The position numbers and the translations under genes were made by a program. This document shows, piece after piece, positions 18,903-28,944 of a stretch of DNA of 64,000 bases. Under the pieces are notes generated by a model that was given only the letters and a program-made list of their open reading frames with translations, did not search any database and was not told the origin of the DNA. The stretch covers positions 160,001 to 224,000 of the forward strand of contig CAVPCT010000001.1 in assembly GCA_963702475.1 (NCBI GenBank), in the 5' to 3' direction. This DNA is from an uncultured Thermoleophilia bacterium. Lineage in GTDB: Bacteria; Actinomycetota; Thermoleophilia; UBA2241. Position 1 is the first letter of the stretch; each line of letters opens with the position of its first letter.

Positions 18903-19207
18903 GCCTCTCCCTCCTCAGGGGCGGCGCCGCGGTCTGACCGCCGGCCCGCCCATCGCTCCGTCGCCGAAGCGGCTGTTCGACGCGCGCCTCGGCGTGCTGC
19001 CGTTCGCACTCGGCCGTTGCGCGGGTACCAGGGAGCGGGTGCGCTTCACCTGAGCGCCGGCCGTGCCGACTCTCCCGCCTCGATCGCGGGTGGACGCTTC
19101 TGGATGCCCATGCGTTTTCCCGTGGAAACGTGGCCGGGGGTACTCTTCGCCGGAGGCCGCGCGGCCGATAGAATGTGCACACCTGCCGCGCGGCGCGAGG
19201 GGGAGCA

Positions 19208-19738
19208 GTGCCACCTTCAGAGCAGACCCGCACCAGCATAGGCGTGATCTCCGACACCCATGGGCACTTCGACCCGCTGGTGCTGGACCTCTTCGCCGGC
19301 GTCGACCACATCATCCACGCCGGCGACGTGATCGACACGGCCACCCTCGTCGCGCTGGAGACGGTAGCGCCCGTCACCGTGGTGCCCGGCAATCTCGACA
19401 CGGGCAAGCTGGCGCGCCAGCCGCGCGAGGTGGCCGGGTCCGTCGGCGGCGTGCTCTTCGTCGTCGGGCACAAGCGCAAGCGATTGCTCAAGAAGCTGCT
19501 CACGGGCAAGATCGACGGCCTGCCGACCGGACGTGAGCCCGACCTCGTGGTGTTCGGGCACGACCACATCCCCTCGGTCGAGTGGGTGGACGGCACCCTG
19601 TACCTGAACCCCGGCACGGCCTCCTCGCCGCACGAGGAGGACGATGACCCCACCATCGCCGTCGTGACGCTCGAGTCCACGGGTCTCGGTGTCCGCTTCG
19701 TGCCGCTGGTGCGCTCCGCAGAGGCGCTCACCGGCTGA
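19208..19738 (+). CDS. YfcE/MJ0936-type metallophosphoesterase
   Basis: ISDTHG, IIHAGD, GNLD, VFGHDH and LNPGT. Confidence 0.9.
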   Translation: MPPSEQTRTSIGVISDTHGHFDPLVLDLFAGVDHIIHAGDVIDTATLVALETVAPVTVVPGNLDTGKLARQPREVAGSVGGVLFVVGHKRKRLLKKLLTGKIDGLPTGREPDLVVFGHDHIPSVEWVDGTLYLNPGTASSPHEEDDDPTIAVVTLESTGLGVRFVPLVRSAEALTG

Positions 19739-19819
19739 CCGCGGCCCAGCGGCCGGGGCCGCGCCGCGGGCGGCCCCCGCCGGCCGCCCCGCCCCACCCG
19801 GTCACACTCCCCCCAGGAG

Positions 19820-20290
19820 GTGCTCGTGAAGTCGCACACCGCGTACAAGACGTTCCACGTCGACCAGCGCCGCGCGTTCGTGCGCATCACCGACGACGTG
19901 CAGCGGGCCGTCGACGAGAGCGGCATCCGCGAGGGCATGGCCCTGGTCTCCGCGATGCACATCACCGCCGGCGTGTGGGTCAACGACGACGAGCCCGGCA
20001 TCCAGGCCGACGCCCTCGAGTGGCTCGACAAGCTGGCGCCGCCGTCGTGGAAGGAGCCGGCCAACGACGTCGCCCGGGAGTTGCTCCCAGGCCCCGGGGA
20101 CTACCGCCACCACCGCGGCGGCTACGAGGACAACGGTGACGCCCACCTCAAGAACCTGCTGGTGCACCACCAGGTCATCGTCCCCGTCACGGACGGCCGC
20201 CTGGATCTCGGGCCGTGGCAGGCCGTCTTCTACTGCGAGTTCGACGGCCGGCGCGACAAGCGCCTCATCATCAAGGTGATGGGGGAGTGA
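19820..20290 (+). CDS. yjbQ: YjbQ/UPF0047 (secondary thiamine-phosphate synthase) family protein
   Basis: [19 protein letters not shown] and [16 protein letters not shown]. Confidence 0.9.
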   Translation: MLVKSHTAYKTFHVDQRRAFVRITDDVQRAVDESGIREGMALVSAMHITAGVWVNDDEPGIQADALEWLDKLAPPSWKEPANDVARELLPGPGDYRHHRGGYEDNGDAHLKNLLVHHQVIVPVTDGRLDLGPWQAVFYCEFDGRRDKRLIIKVMGE

Positions 20291-20377
20291 CGTGCCTGGG
20301 CGTCAACCGGCGAGGAGTCGGGCAACGTGAGGGCGAAGTGAGCCGCGACAGGTTCGCGTGAACGGGGAGGATGCACG

Positions 20378-20926
20378 ATGAGTGACAGACAATCGGTCGT
20401 GGTCGTCGGCGACGGCGATGACCTTGTGAGGGGCAGCTGGGGGGTGATGCTGGCCATCGGCATCGTCGCCATCGTGTTCGGCGTCATCGTGCTGCTCAAC
20501 ATCTGGGGCGGCGTGCGACTGGTGGCCATCCTCGCCGGCCTCTTTCTCATCTTCGCCGGCGTCATGCAGTTCGTGAGTGTGCGCGGGCACCGGCGCAAGA
20601 CGGGACGCATCATCTCCGGCGTCATCGCGCTCGCCATCGGGATCGGGCTGATCGTCTGGCCGGACACGTCGGTCAAGACCGTGGCGGTGCTCGTCGGCCT
20701 GGCGTTCCTCATCTGGGGCGTCGCCTGGGCCGTCGCGGCGCTCGTCGACCGCGGCGAGGGCTGGGGCGTGGCCCTGGGCTTCAGTATCGTGCTCGCCGTC
20801 GTCGGCGCCGTGTTCATCGCCTGGCCGGGCCCCACCATCGCCATCTTGATGGCGCTGGTGGGCATCGCCGCTCTCGTGTTCGGCATCGCCTCGGTGGCCC
20901 AGGCCCTTGCCTTGAGAAAGGCGTAG
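20378..20926 (+). CDS. HdeD/DUF308 membrane protein
   Basis: Six TM segments with repeated 'IVWP'/'IAWP' motifs. Confidence 0.8.
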   Translation: MSDRQSVVVVGDGDDLVRGSWGVMLAIGIVAIVFGVIVLLNIWGGVRLVAILAGLFLIFAGVMQFVSVRGHRRKTGRIISGVIALAIGIGLIVWPDTSVKTVAVLVGLAFLIWGVAWAVAALVDRGEGWGVALGFSIVLAVVGAVFIAWPGPTIAILMALVGIAALVFGIASVAQALALRKA

Positions 20927-20938
20927 GGAGGGGCCCCC

Positions 20939-21028
20939 CTACGAGCGCAGAAGCGCGAACAGGAGGCAGGCCGCCACGGCGATGGCGCCGATGAGCAGGA
21001 CGATGCGCGTGGTGTACATGTGCCGCAT
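20939..21028 (-). CDS. 29-aa single-pass membrane peptide (MRHMYTTRIVLLIGAIAVAACLLFALLRS)
   Basis: ATG 12 nt after the stop of the ferric-reductase-like gene, GGGAG RBS 7 nt upstream, GC3-rich codons. Below the ORF-track cutoff. Confidence 0.65.
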   Translation of the reverse strand: MRHMYTTRIVLLIGAIAVAACLLFALLRS

Positions 21029-21040
21029 GCGGACGCTCCC

Positions 21041-22378
21041 TCAGACCAGGTCGAAGCGCTCGGTGTAGATGCTCGGCCAGGGCACGCCCACGCGCCTGAG
21101 CGAGTCCTCGACGTGATCCATCAGGGGTTTCGGACCGCAGACGAAGTAGACGTATCGCTCCTTCGTCGCAGGCAGCCATTCCTGCAGCATGGCGCGGTCG
21201 ATGCGGCCCCGCTCGCCCATCCAGTCGGCAGGCGCACTCGACGCCACCTCGACCACGCGCAGGTCCAGTCGCGACCGTAGCGCCTGGATCTCCTCGTGGA
21301 ACGTGAACTCGTCCGGGCCCCTGGCGCCGTAGAGCAGCAGGTGCGGCCGAGGGTCTGCGCGGTCGGCCAGCGTGCGCAGCATGCTCATGATCGGCGTGAT
21401 GCCTGTGCCGCCTGCGACGAAGACGCACCCGTCGCCCTCGTAGCGGTCCACGGTGAACGCGCCGTGTGGGCCTTCGACGAAGGCGGTCGTCCCTGGCGCC
21501 ACGGCGGCTACGCTCCGAGTGAAGTCACCGGTCTCTTTGATGGTGAACGAGATGCGGTCACGTGTCTCGGCACTGGAGGAGAACGAGAAAGGGTGATCCT
21601 CGATGGCGAACGGCGTGCTCCCCAGGGTGAGCCAGGCGAACTGGCCCGGGAGAAAACGAATCCCGGGGTGCCCCACCGGGCGGAGTACCAGCGTGGTAGC
21701 CCTTCCACGCTCCTCGATGACCCCATCCACCATCCATGGGCGGTGGAGCAGTCGAAGGGGGACGACGAAGCGCACGTAGACGAGCAGCCCGATGACGGCG
21801 AGCACCATGGCCGCCCAAAGGGCGCGCTTCCACGGAAGGTCGACGTACCAGCCGACGAGTTCGATGTGGACGAGCGCGAACGCCAGGGCGGCGACGGCGA
21901 GCACACCATGCATGGTGCGCCACCTCTCGTAGGCGAGGCGCAGCCTGCGCCTGAGCAGGGAGACGCCCACCAGGGCGATGAGGGCGACTGTAGCCGCCAG
22001 CGCGAAGCGGGCTCGCCAAGGAGCGGCTGCCACGTTGAGCAGGCCGAGAGCGTCCGTCCGGGTCGCGAACAGGATGAACGGGTGCGCAAGAGCCAGACAC
22101 ATGGCGAGGATCGAGATCTGCTTGTGGAAGCGCAGGACGATGTCGATGCCGTACGGCGCCGCGATGTGGCTGAATCGCGCGGTGATGGCGAACTGCAGCC
22201 CGATCATGGCCAACGCCACAAAGCCCAGCGCCACGGAGAGCTCGGTCCAGAAGTCGCGTCCGGGGTGCCCCCGGTAGAGGAACGCAACAGCGAGAGGCAC
22301 GAGGGAGAGGGTCACGTAGAGCGCCAGCCAGAAGATGCCGCCGAGGAGGCGACGCAGACGGGTGTCGTACGCTGCCAT
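21041..22378 (-). CDS. Ferric reductase-like transmembrane + FAD/NAD-binding (FNR) oxidoreductase
   Basis: Heme-ligand His pairs (RFHK..LAH and TMHG..LVH), PGQFAWL, HPFSFSS, EGPHGAF, AGGTGITP and FVCGP. Confidence 0.9.
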   Translation of the reverse strand: MAAYDTRLRRLLGGIFWLALYVTLSLVPLAVAFLYRGHPGRDFWTELSVALGFVALAMIGLQFAITARFSHIAAPYGIDIVLRFHKQISILAMCLALAHPFILFATRTDALGLLNVAAAPWRARFALAATVALIALVGVSLLRRRLRLAYERWRTMHGVLAVAALAFALVHIELVGWYVDLPWKRALWAAMVLAVIGLLVYVRFVVPLRLLHRPWMVDGVIEERGRATTLVLRPVGHPGIRFLPGQFAWLTLGSTPFAIEDHPFSFSSSAETRDRISFTIKETGDFTRSVAAVAPGTTAFVEGPHGAFTVDRYEGDGCVFVAGGTGITPIMSMLRTLADRADPRPHLLLYGARGPDEFTFHEEIQALRSRLDLRVVEVASSAPADWMGERGRIDRAMLQEWLPATKERYVYFVCGPKPLMDHVEDSLRRVGVPWPSIYTERFDLV

Positions 22379-22515
22379 GGCGGTAGTGTACCCCGGCCGG
22401 GGCCGGCACCTGCCTCGAGCGTCTGTTCGCAGGGAACCCGCCGTGCATGACGAAACCGGCACGCACGCGAGAGAGACGGCCTGCCGCGCAGGGCGGGCGT
22501 ACTGGAGGTCCACCG

Positions 22516-22968
22516 GTGGCACAGTTTCACGGCGACGACGAGCCGCTCGTCAGAGGTCTTCACTGGGTCATCCGTATGGCAGTACGAGTCCTCGCGATCC
22601 TCATGACCGGGGTGATCGCTTTCGGAGTCGCCGACGTGGTGTACGTCCTGTACAAACGACTCATGGCCGAGCCGGCCTGGTTCCTGGAGATCAGCGATAT
22701 CCTCGCCACGTTCGGTGCATTCATGGCCGTCCTCATCGCCATCGAGATCTTCGTGAACATCGTGAGCTACCTGCGCGAGGACGTGATCCACGTTCGCATC
22801 GTCCTCGCCACGGCCCTCATGGCCATCGCCCGCAAAGTGATCATCCTCGACTACTCGACCACATCGCCCCAGTACATCTACGCTACCGCGGCGGTGGTCG
22901 CTGCCATGGCGCTCGCCTACTGGCTCATCGTGCGGTACCGGCCGGTGAGCGGCGCGGAAGTCGACTGA
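22516..22968 (+). CDS. Phosphate-starvation-inducible PsiE family membrane protein
   Basis: FMAVLIAIEIFVNI and ATALMAIARKVIILD; GGAGG RBS before the GTG. Confidence 0.85.
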   Translation: MAQFHGDDEPLVRGLHWVIRMAVRVLAILMTGVIAFGVADVVYVLYKRLMAEPAWFLEISDILATFGAFMAVLIAIEIFVNIVSYLREDVIHVRIVLATALMAIARKVIILDYSTTSPQYIYATAAVVAAMALAYWLIVRYRPVSGAEVD

Positions 22969-23057
22969 CGCAGCGTCCACCTGGCCGGGCCCACTCGCGG
23001 CGCCGTGCGGGAACGGTGGTTCCTGGGCCCTCCGGCCGCTGAGCAGCTCGCCCGGCC

Positions 23058-23939
23058 TCACCGGTTCCGGAGCCGCTCGCGGATGTTCCTGTAGTGACGC
23101 GACTGGCCGAGGTTCTGTACGACCAGCGCCACCACGGTGATGAGGTAGAGCTGGCCGAGCACGGCTTCGCACGCGGCCGTCATGCGCCCCACGCTGCCGG
23201 CCGCCGTGAGGTCGCCGTACCCCACGGTCGTGATGGTGATGAAGCTGAAGTACAGGTAGTCGATCGTGCCGGCCCTCGCCGGCGGCTGGAGCTGCGCGAA
23301 GAACGGCGCGCCCTCCACCCAGGCCGTCAGGGAGTAGACGCTGGCGAAGAACATGGCCAGCAGCAGGTAGATGCAGACGGCGCCGTAGAAGGTATTGAGG
23401 CTCACGGTGGGGTGTGAGGCCAGGCGCCTCACGATGGCGACCGGAGCGACCACCACCAGCAGCACGGTGAGCGCGGCGGCCACGCCGCGCCCGGTCTCTT
23501 CGCTGCCGAGGACGGTGGCGACGACGGCTGCCGCGGTGGCGATGGGGATGAGCGCCATCGCCCAGCGCAGCAGGAGGCGCTGCACGCGCGAGGCACGCAG
23601 CGCCAGCCAGGTGGTGGCGGCGAGCAGCACCAGCGAGGCCACCCGGCCCCAGGTGTCGTCGCCGCCGATGGCCGTGACGAAGAAGGTCGACACCAGCAGC
23701 AGAAGCACGAGGCCGAAGCTGTCGGTGAACCTCAGGCCCTTGTCCTCGGACTCCTCCTGGCCCTCGATCGTGTCGAGCAGGTCCTCGAGCTTCTGAGCCT
23801 CGCCGGGCGTCACCTCGGGCGGAGTCGCGGCGGCCGGAGCTCCGGTGGAGGCCGCCTCTCCCTGCGGCCGGTCCGGCTGACCCGGCATCCCGGGAGGCTG
23901 CCCCTGGGGCGGCCGTGCGTTGTCGTCGGCGGCGGTCAT
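23058..23939 (-). CDS. Potassium channel family (Ion_trans_2) membrane protein
   Basis: Pore signature YFSFITITTVGYGD; EAVLGQLYL. Start uncertain. Confidence 0.9.
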   Translation of the reverse strand: MTAADDNARPPQGQPPGMPGQPDRPQGEAASTGAPAAATPPEVTPGEAQKLEDLLDTIEGQEESEDKGLRFTDSFGLVLLLLVSTFFVTAIGGDDTWGRVASLVLLAATTWLALRASRVQRLLLRWAMALIPIATAAAVVATVLGSEETGRGVAAALTVLLVVVAPVAIVRRLASHPTVSLNTFYGAVCIYLLLAMFFASVYSLTAWVEGAPFFAQLQPPARAGTIDYLYFSFITITTVGYGDLTAAGSVGRMTAACEAVLGQLYLITVVALVVQNLGQSRHYRNIRERLRNR

Positions 23940-24117
23940 GGTCCCGGCGAAACTGTATCTCAGGCGCGCCGTGGTGCAACTGCGAGCGCGGGGCCGGGTG
24001 GCGCCGGCGGCGAGCGGTCGCGCAGCGGCCGCTGCACCGAAGCCGTCGGCAGGGCTGCCGGAGCGCGCGCCGAAGCCCTGTGGTCTACACTCGTCGTACA
24101 GCGACTGCGAGGAGGGC

Positions 24118-25044
24118 ATGGACTACCAGCGGTACACCTCGGGCCCACGGCGCGACCGTAGCTACCGCCGGCGCCGGCTGAGGCGCCGGCGTCTCACAGG
24201 GCTCGTCGTGGTCGTCCTCGTGGTCGCCGCCGTCGCGACCGCCCTCGTAGTGGTCACTCGCGGCGGTGACGGCGGCGGCGGCACGACCGCCGCCCCCTCG
24301 TCGTCCTCCGGCGCCGCGTCGGCCTCCGCCACTCCGACCCCCAGGCCGACCGTGCCGCCCCCCGAGGTCTGGGAGGCGAGCGCTTCCAGGCCCGTGCGCG
24401 TGTGGGTCGGTGGCGACTCCATGGGAGGCGAGCTCGGCTGGAGTCTCGCGCCCATGCTCGAGAACACGGGCGTGCTCGAGCCCATCCTTTTCTACAAAGA
24501 CTCCACCGGCATCTGCCGCTGGGATTTCTACCACTGGGGCGACAAGATCGAGTCGGTCATGCGCAACGACGAGCCCGACGCCGTGGTGCTCATGATGGGC
24601 ACCAACGACACGCAGTCGGTGTGGCAGAACGGCGACTGGATCGCGCACGGCGATCCCGACTGGAAGCGCGTCTACCAGAAACGTGTCGCCGACATGACGA
24701 AAGACGCCATCAAGGGCGGCGCCCGCCGCGTCTACTGGGTCGGCATGCCCATCATGCAGGAGGACTGGCGCAACCCCTGGATGAAGTCCATCAACAAGAT
24801 CGTGCAGAAGGCGGTGGCCGAGATCCCGGGGGCGCGGTACATCGACTCGTGGGAGCTCTTCGTGGACGACGACGGCGAGTACGTGTCCTCGCTACGCCTC
24901 GGCGACGGCGTGCACTTCACGGTGGAGGGTCAGAAGCTCGTCGGCAAGGCCGTGCTCAAGGCCATCAAGAAGGACTGGCTGCCCAACGGCGTGCCGTCGC
25001 CGGAGCCGGAGGCGACCCCGATGCCCGAGGCCTCGTCGATCTGA
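24118..25044 (+). CDS. Membrane-anchored SGNH hydrolase (DUF459/PatB-like)
   Basis: N-terminal TM; GDSM, GTNDTQ, VYWVGMP and DGVHFT. Confidence 0.85.
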   Translation: MDYQRYTSGPRRDRSYRRRRLRRRRLTGLVVVVLVVAAVATALVVVTRGGDGGGGTTAAPSSSSGAASASATPTPRPTVPPPEVWEASASRPVRVWVGGDSMGGELGWSLAPMLENTGVLEPILFYKDSTGICRWDFYHWGDKIESVMRNDEPDAVVLMMGTNDTQSVWQNGDWIAHGDPDWKRVYQKRVADMTKDAIKGGARRVYWVGMPIMQEDWRNPWMKSINKIVQKAVAEIPGARYIDSWELFVDDDGEYVSSLRLGDGVHFTVEGQKLVGKAVLKAIKKDWLPNGVPSPEPEATPMPEASSI

Positions 25045-25084
25045 TGCCGGAGCGGCTTCCCGCGCCGGGGGCCATAATGGGACC

Positions 25085-25966
25085 ATGATGCCACCGTTGT
25101 TCGCCACACTCCCGCTCGACGTGTTCGACGCCGCCAAGCGGCCGCTCTTCTTCCTTCTCCTGGCGTTCATTCTCACGTTCGTGGTGGTGCGCATCAACAC
25201 GCGCCGGGTCCGGGCCAAGGGGGGCGCCGGCACGGGCGCCGGCAGTATCGTCACTCCCGGCGGACTGCACATCCACCACTCGGTGTTCGGCATCATCATG
25301 ATGGTGGTGGCCGGCATCCTGGAGTTCGCGCTGCAGTCGCGCACGCCATACGTGGAGATCATCGCCTGCGCGTTCGGCGTCGGCGCTGCTCTCACGCTCG
25401 ACGAGTTCGCCCTCATCCTGCACCTCGAGGACGTCTACTGGACCGGCGAGGGCCGCCAGTCGATCGACGCGGTGATCCTCGGGCTCACGTTCATGATCCT
25501 GCTGCTGACGGGGCTCGTGCCGGGCGGCCTCTCCGAATTCGGTGACTACCTCACCATCTCGCGGTGGGCGGCGGTCGCCTTCGTGTCGTGCAGCGCCGTC
25601 TTCGTCATGGCCTGCTACCTCAAGGGCAAGCTCTTCATGGGCACGGTCGGCATCTTCATCTCGCCGATCGCCCTGATCGGCGCCGTGCGCCTGGCCAAAC
25701 CCAACTCGCCGTGGGCGCGCCTGCGCTACGCGCGGAGCCCCATCAAGATGGAGCGCGCCCGCCGCCGGCACGAGGGGTTCAACCGACGCTGGCGGGAGCG
25801 CAAGCACTACGTGTGGGACCTCATCGGCGGGCGGCCGCACCTGCACCTGCCGCACCTCCACGGGCAAGCGCGCAGAAGCGCGCCAGCCGCAGTGGCGCCC
25901 GTCGCCCCGCAGGAGGCGGGTGTTCTGCCCGAGGTCGAACGGGACCCGGCGGCCGCGGCGCACTGA
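25085..25966 (+). CDS. Conserved actinobacterial integral membrane protein
   Basis: GGLHIHHSVFG, LTLDEFALILHLEDVYW and VRLAKPNSPWAR motifs. Confidence 0.75.
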   Translation: MMPPLFATLPLDVFDAAKRPLFFLLLAFILTFVVVRINTRRVRAKGGAGTGAGSIVTPGGLHIHHSVFGIIMMVVAGILEFALQSRTPYVEIIACAFGVGAALTLDEFALILHLEDVYWTGEGRQSIDAVILGLTFMILLLTGLVPGGLSEFGDYLTISRWAAVAFVSCSAVFVMACYLKGKLFMGTVGIFISPIALIGAVRLAKPNSPWARLRYARSPIKMERARRRHEGFNRRWRERKHYVWDLIGGRPHLHLPHLHGQARRSAPAAVAPVAPQEAGVLPEVERDPAAAAH

Positions 25967-26053
25967 GGTCCCTGCCGGACTCCTCAGGGTCCGGCCGAAG
26001 AACGCCGGTTGGCAGCGCGTCGTCCCTCCCCCTAGACTGACGCCCGGACACGC

Positions 26054-27712
26054 ATGCTCTTCCCCACCATCACATTCGCGGTCTTCTTCCTGCTGGTCTT
26101 CATCGGGAACTGGCTGCTCATGCCCAGACCGCGGCTGTGGAAGCCGTTCATCCTCGTGGCCAGTGCCGTGTTCTACGGCTGGTGGGAGTGGCGCTTCGTC
26201 CTGCTGCTCGCCGTGAGCGCCGTGGCCAACCAGCTGTTCGCGTCCGCCATCCAGGGCGCCCGCACGCGGAGCGGCAGGAAGTGGCTGCTGGCCGGCGCCG
26301 TGGCCGCCAACCTGGGCGTGCTGGGCTGGTTCAAGTACTACGGCTTCTTCGTGACCTCGGTGGTCAACTTCCTCGGCGCCTTCGGCCTCAACGCCGACCT
26401 GCCGCTGTTGCGCATCGTGTTGCCGATCGGCATCTCCTTCCTCACGTTCCGTGTGCTCAGCTACGTCATCGACGTGTACCGCGGTACCCTGCGCACGGCC
26501 TCCCTGCTCGACTTCGCCGTGTACGTCGCCTTCTTTCCGTACACTCTCGCCGGACCCATCGCCCGCGCCTCGGAGTTCCTGCCGCAGCTCAACGCGCCCC
26601 GCGACCCCCGCCGCGTGGACACGTCGAGGGCGTTCTTCCTGATCTTCGCCGGACTGGCCAAGAAGATGCTGCTGGCCGACTACCTCGCCACACACATCGT
26701 CAACGGCGTGTTCACCACGCCCGGCGAGTACTCGTCGCTGGAGGTCCTGGTGGGCGTCATCGGGTACTCGGTGCAGATCTACTGCGATTTCAGCGCGTAC
26801 GCCGACATCGCCATCGGCATCTCGCTGCTGCTCGGCTTCGAGTTGCCGGACAACTTCGACCGGCCGTACACCGCCGTCTCGGTGCAGGACTTCTGGCGCC
26901 GCTGGCACATGACCCTGTCTCGCTGGCTGCGGGACTACCTGTACATCCCGCTGGGCGGCAGTCGCAGGGGCCAGGTGCGCACGTACGTGAACCTGATGCT
27001 GACCATGGTGTTGGGCGGCCTCTGGCACGGCGCGGGATGGACGTTCATGTTCTGGGGTCTGCTGTACGGCGGCGCGCTCGTAGTCGAGCACCGGCGCCTC
27101 GACGTACGCAAGGCCAGGGCGGCCCGGCGGCAGCGTGTGGGAGGGTCCCTGGCCGTGCCGTCCGCCGGGGCGGGCGCCCTTCACGATGGCGCGGAGGCGT
27201 TCGCTCCCGGGACGCCGGCGGCCGCCGGCGTCTCCGACCTGGAGCGCAGCGCCCGCGCCCTGGCCGCCATGGGTCCCAGCGGGCCGGTCTTCGCGGCGCC
27301 GGTGGCGGCCGTGGCGGCGCCGTCGCGCTCCGGCCCCGTGCCGGCCGCGCCGCTCCAGTACGACAGGCGCCCCTGGGGCGGCGGCTGGCTGCCGCGTCTC
27401 GGCGTGTTCGCGTTCGTGACCTTCGCCTGGGTGTTCTTCCGCTCGCCCACGTTCGCGGCCGCGCTCGACGTGCTCGCCCAGTTGTTCCGCGGCTGGGGCA
27501 GTGTGGGCGCCGCCGTCACCCCGGCCGTGCTGCTGGTCATCGTCGTCGGCGTCGGCGTGCAGTACGTGCCGAACACGGTCTACCAGCGCGTGCAGGCCGG
27601 GTTCTCGGTGCTGAACCCTGTGCTGCAGGGCCTCGCCCTGGCCGTGGGCTTCATGCTGCTCGACGTGCTCGGCCCGACGGGACCGGCCAGCTTCCTCTAC
27701 TTCCAGTTCTGA
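26054..27712 (+). CDS. MBOAT O-acyltransferase (AlgI/PatA-like)
   Basis: LPIGISF, QIYCDFSAY, FWRRWHMTLSRWLRDYLYIPLGG, GLWHGA, C-terminal FLYFQF. Confidence 0.95.
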   Translation: MLFPTITFAVFFLLVFIGNWLLMPRPRLWKPFILVASAVFYGWWEWRFVLLLAVSAVANQLFASAIQGARTRSGRKWLLAGAVAANLGVLGWFKYYGFFVTSVVNFLGAFGLNADLPLLRIVLPIGISFLTFRVLSYVIDVYRGTLRTASLLDFAVYVAFFPYTLAGPIARASEFLPQLNAPRDPRRVDTSRAFFLIFAGLAKKMLLADYLATHIVNGVFTTPGEYSSLEVLVGVIGYSVQIYCDFSAYADIAIGISLLLGFELPDNFDRPYTAVSVQDFWRRWHMTLSRWLRDYLYIPLGGSRRGQVRTYVNLMLTMVLGGLWHGAGWTFMFWGLLYGGALVVEHRRLDVRKARAARRQRVGGSLAVPSAGAGALHDGAEAFAPGTPAAAGVSDLERSARALAAMGPSGPVFAAPVAAVAAPSRSGPVPAAPLQYDRRPWGGGWLPRLGVFAFVTFAWVFFRSPTFAAALDVLAQLFRGWGSVGAAVTPAVLLVIVVGVGVQYVPNTVYQRVQAGFSVLNPVLQGLALAVGFMLLDVLGPTGPASFLYFQF

Positions 27713-28839
27713 TGGGCGACCCCGGCGACAAGCTCCCGTTCGGCCGCCGCCGGCGCACCGCGGCCAGCGCCCTCGTGGTGATCCTCATCGCCTTCGGCCT
27801 CGGGGTGCTGTTCAACGCCCCGGCCATGAAGAAGACCGCCCTGGAGCTGCCGTTCGGCGGCGCCCGCAGCTTCCGCCTGGCGCTGGTCGGCCCCGCCGCC
27901 GCGGTCAGCGGTTGGTTCTACCTGGACCGCCCGGCACGGTTCGCCGCAGGGCTGCTCGGCAAGCCGGACCCGGGACCGCGCGAGGTCCAGGTGGTGGAGG
28001 TGCCGACGCCGACCCCCGAACCATCGGCCACGAAGAAGGGCGACAAGGGCGACAAGGACGGCGGCAAGACGCCCATCGGCGAGCGCCCGCTGCCCAAGCC
28101 CTACGCCGGCCACCCGATGCACCTGTACATCGCCGGCGACTCCATGGCCGGCATCCCCGGCATGGCCCTCGTCAATCTGGCCAAGGACACCAGGCTCATC
28201 AAGCCACTCCTCGACTACCGTATCTCCACCGGCCTGGTGCGTCCCGACTTCTTCAACTGGCCGCTGCAGCTGAAGCAGCAGGTGAAGGCGTTCGATCCCG
28301 GCGCCGTCGTGGTGATGTGGGGCGCCAACGACAACCAGGGCGTCGAGACGTCGACCGGGAAGGTGTACCAGTTCGGGAGCAAGGGCTGGCAGAAGGAGTA
28401 CCGCAAGCGCATCGAGGACGTCATCGCGATCCTCTTCGCCGGCGGCGTGCGGCGCATCTACTGGGTCGGCCAGCCCATCATGCCGGACGCGTCCTACGAC
28501 CGGCAGATCCGCCTGATGAACGACCTGTTCGAGAGCGTGGCGGCCGGGCACGCGGGCGTGCGGTACATCGACGCGTACTCGGTGCTCTCCACCGGCAGCG
28601 GAGGGTACTCGCAGTATCTCAAGGACGAGCAGGGCGAGACCCAGCAGGTCCGTGAGGCCGACGGCGAGCATCTGACCTATGCCGGCGGCATGCGCCTGGC
28701 CAGGGAGGTCATGGCGGCCATCAAGGCCGACTGGCTGACGAAGGACAAGAAGGAAGGCTCCGGCCGGAGCAGAGCCGGGGTCTCCTCCTCACCCTCGGCC
28801 AAGGCGTCGCCCAAGGCGAGCGCCACGCCGGCGCCCTGA
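27712..28839 (+). CDS. SGNH hydrolase (DUF459/PatB-like)
   Basis: ATG overlaps the MBOAT stop (TGATG); GDSM, GANDNQ and DGEHLT. Confidence 0.85.
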   Translation: MGDPGDKLPFGRRRRTAASALVVILIAFGLGVLFNAPAMKKTALELPFGGARSFRLALVGPAAAVSGWFYLDRPARFAAGLLGKPDPGPREVQVVEVPTPTPEPSATKKGDKGDKDGGKTPIGERPLPKPYAGHPMHLYIAGDSMAGIPGMALVNLAKDTRLIKPLLDYRISTGLVRPDFFNWPLQLKQQVKAFDPGAVVVMWGANDNQGVETSTGKVYQFGSKGWQKEYRKRIEDVIAILFAGGVRRIYWVGQPIMPDASYDRQIRLMNDLFESVAAGHAGVRYIDAYSVLSTGSGGYSQYLKDEQGETQQVREADGEHLTYAGGMRLAREVMAAIKADWLTKDKKEGSGRSRAGVSSSPSAKASPKASATPAP

Positions 28840-28944
28840 CGCCGGCCCGCTTGCGGGACCGCCCGGGCGGCCGGGTCCGTCCACCGACGCCGCCCGGGCG
28901 CGGCGGCATGGGGCCGACCCCGGTCGCTGTAGTAGCATCCGGCC

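Noticed and set aside
18915-19050. Possible 44-aa leader ORF upstream of DUF1269
   Set aside because: Low-complexity R/P/G composition typical of non-coding GC-rich DNA, with no motif.
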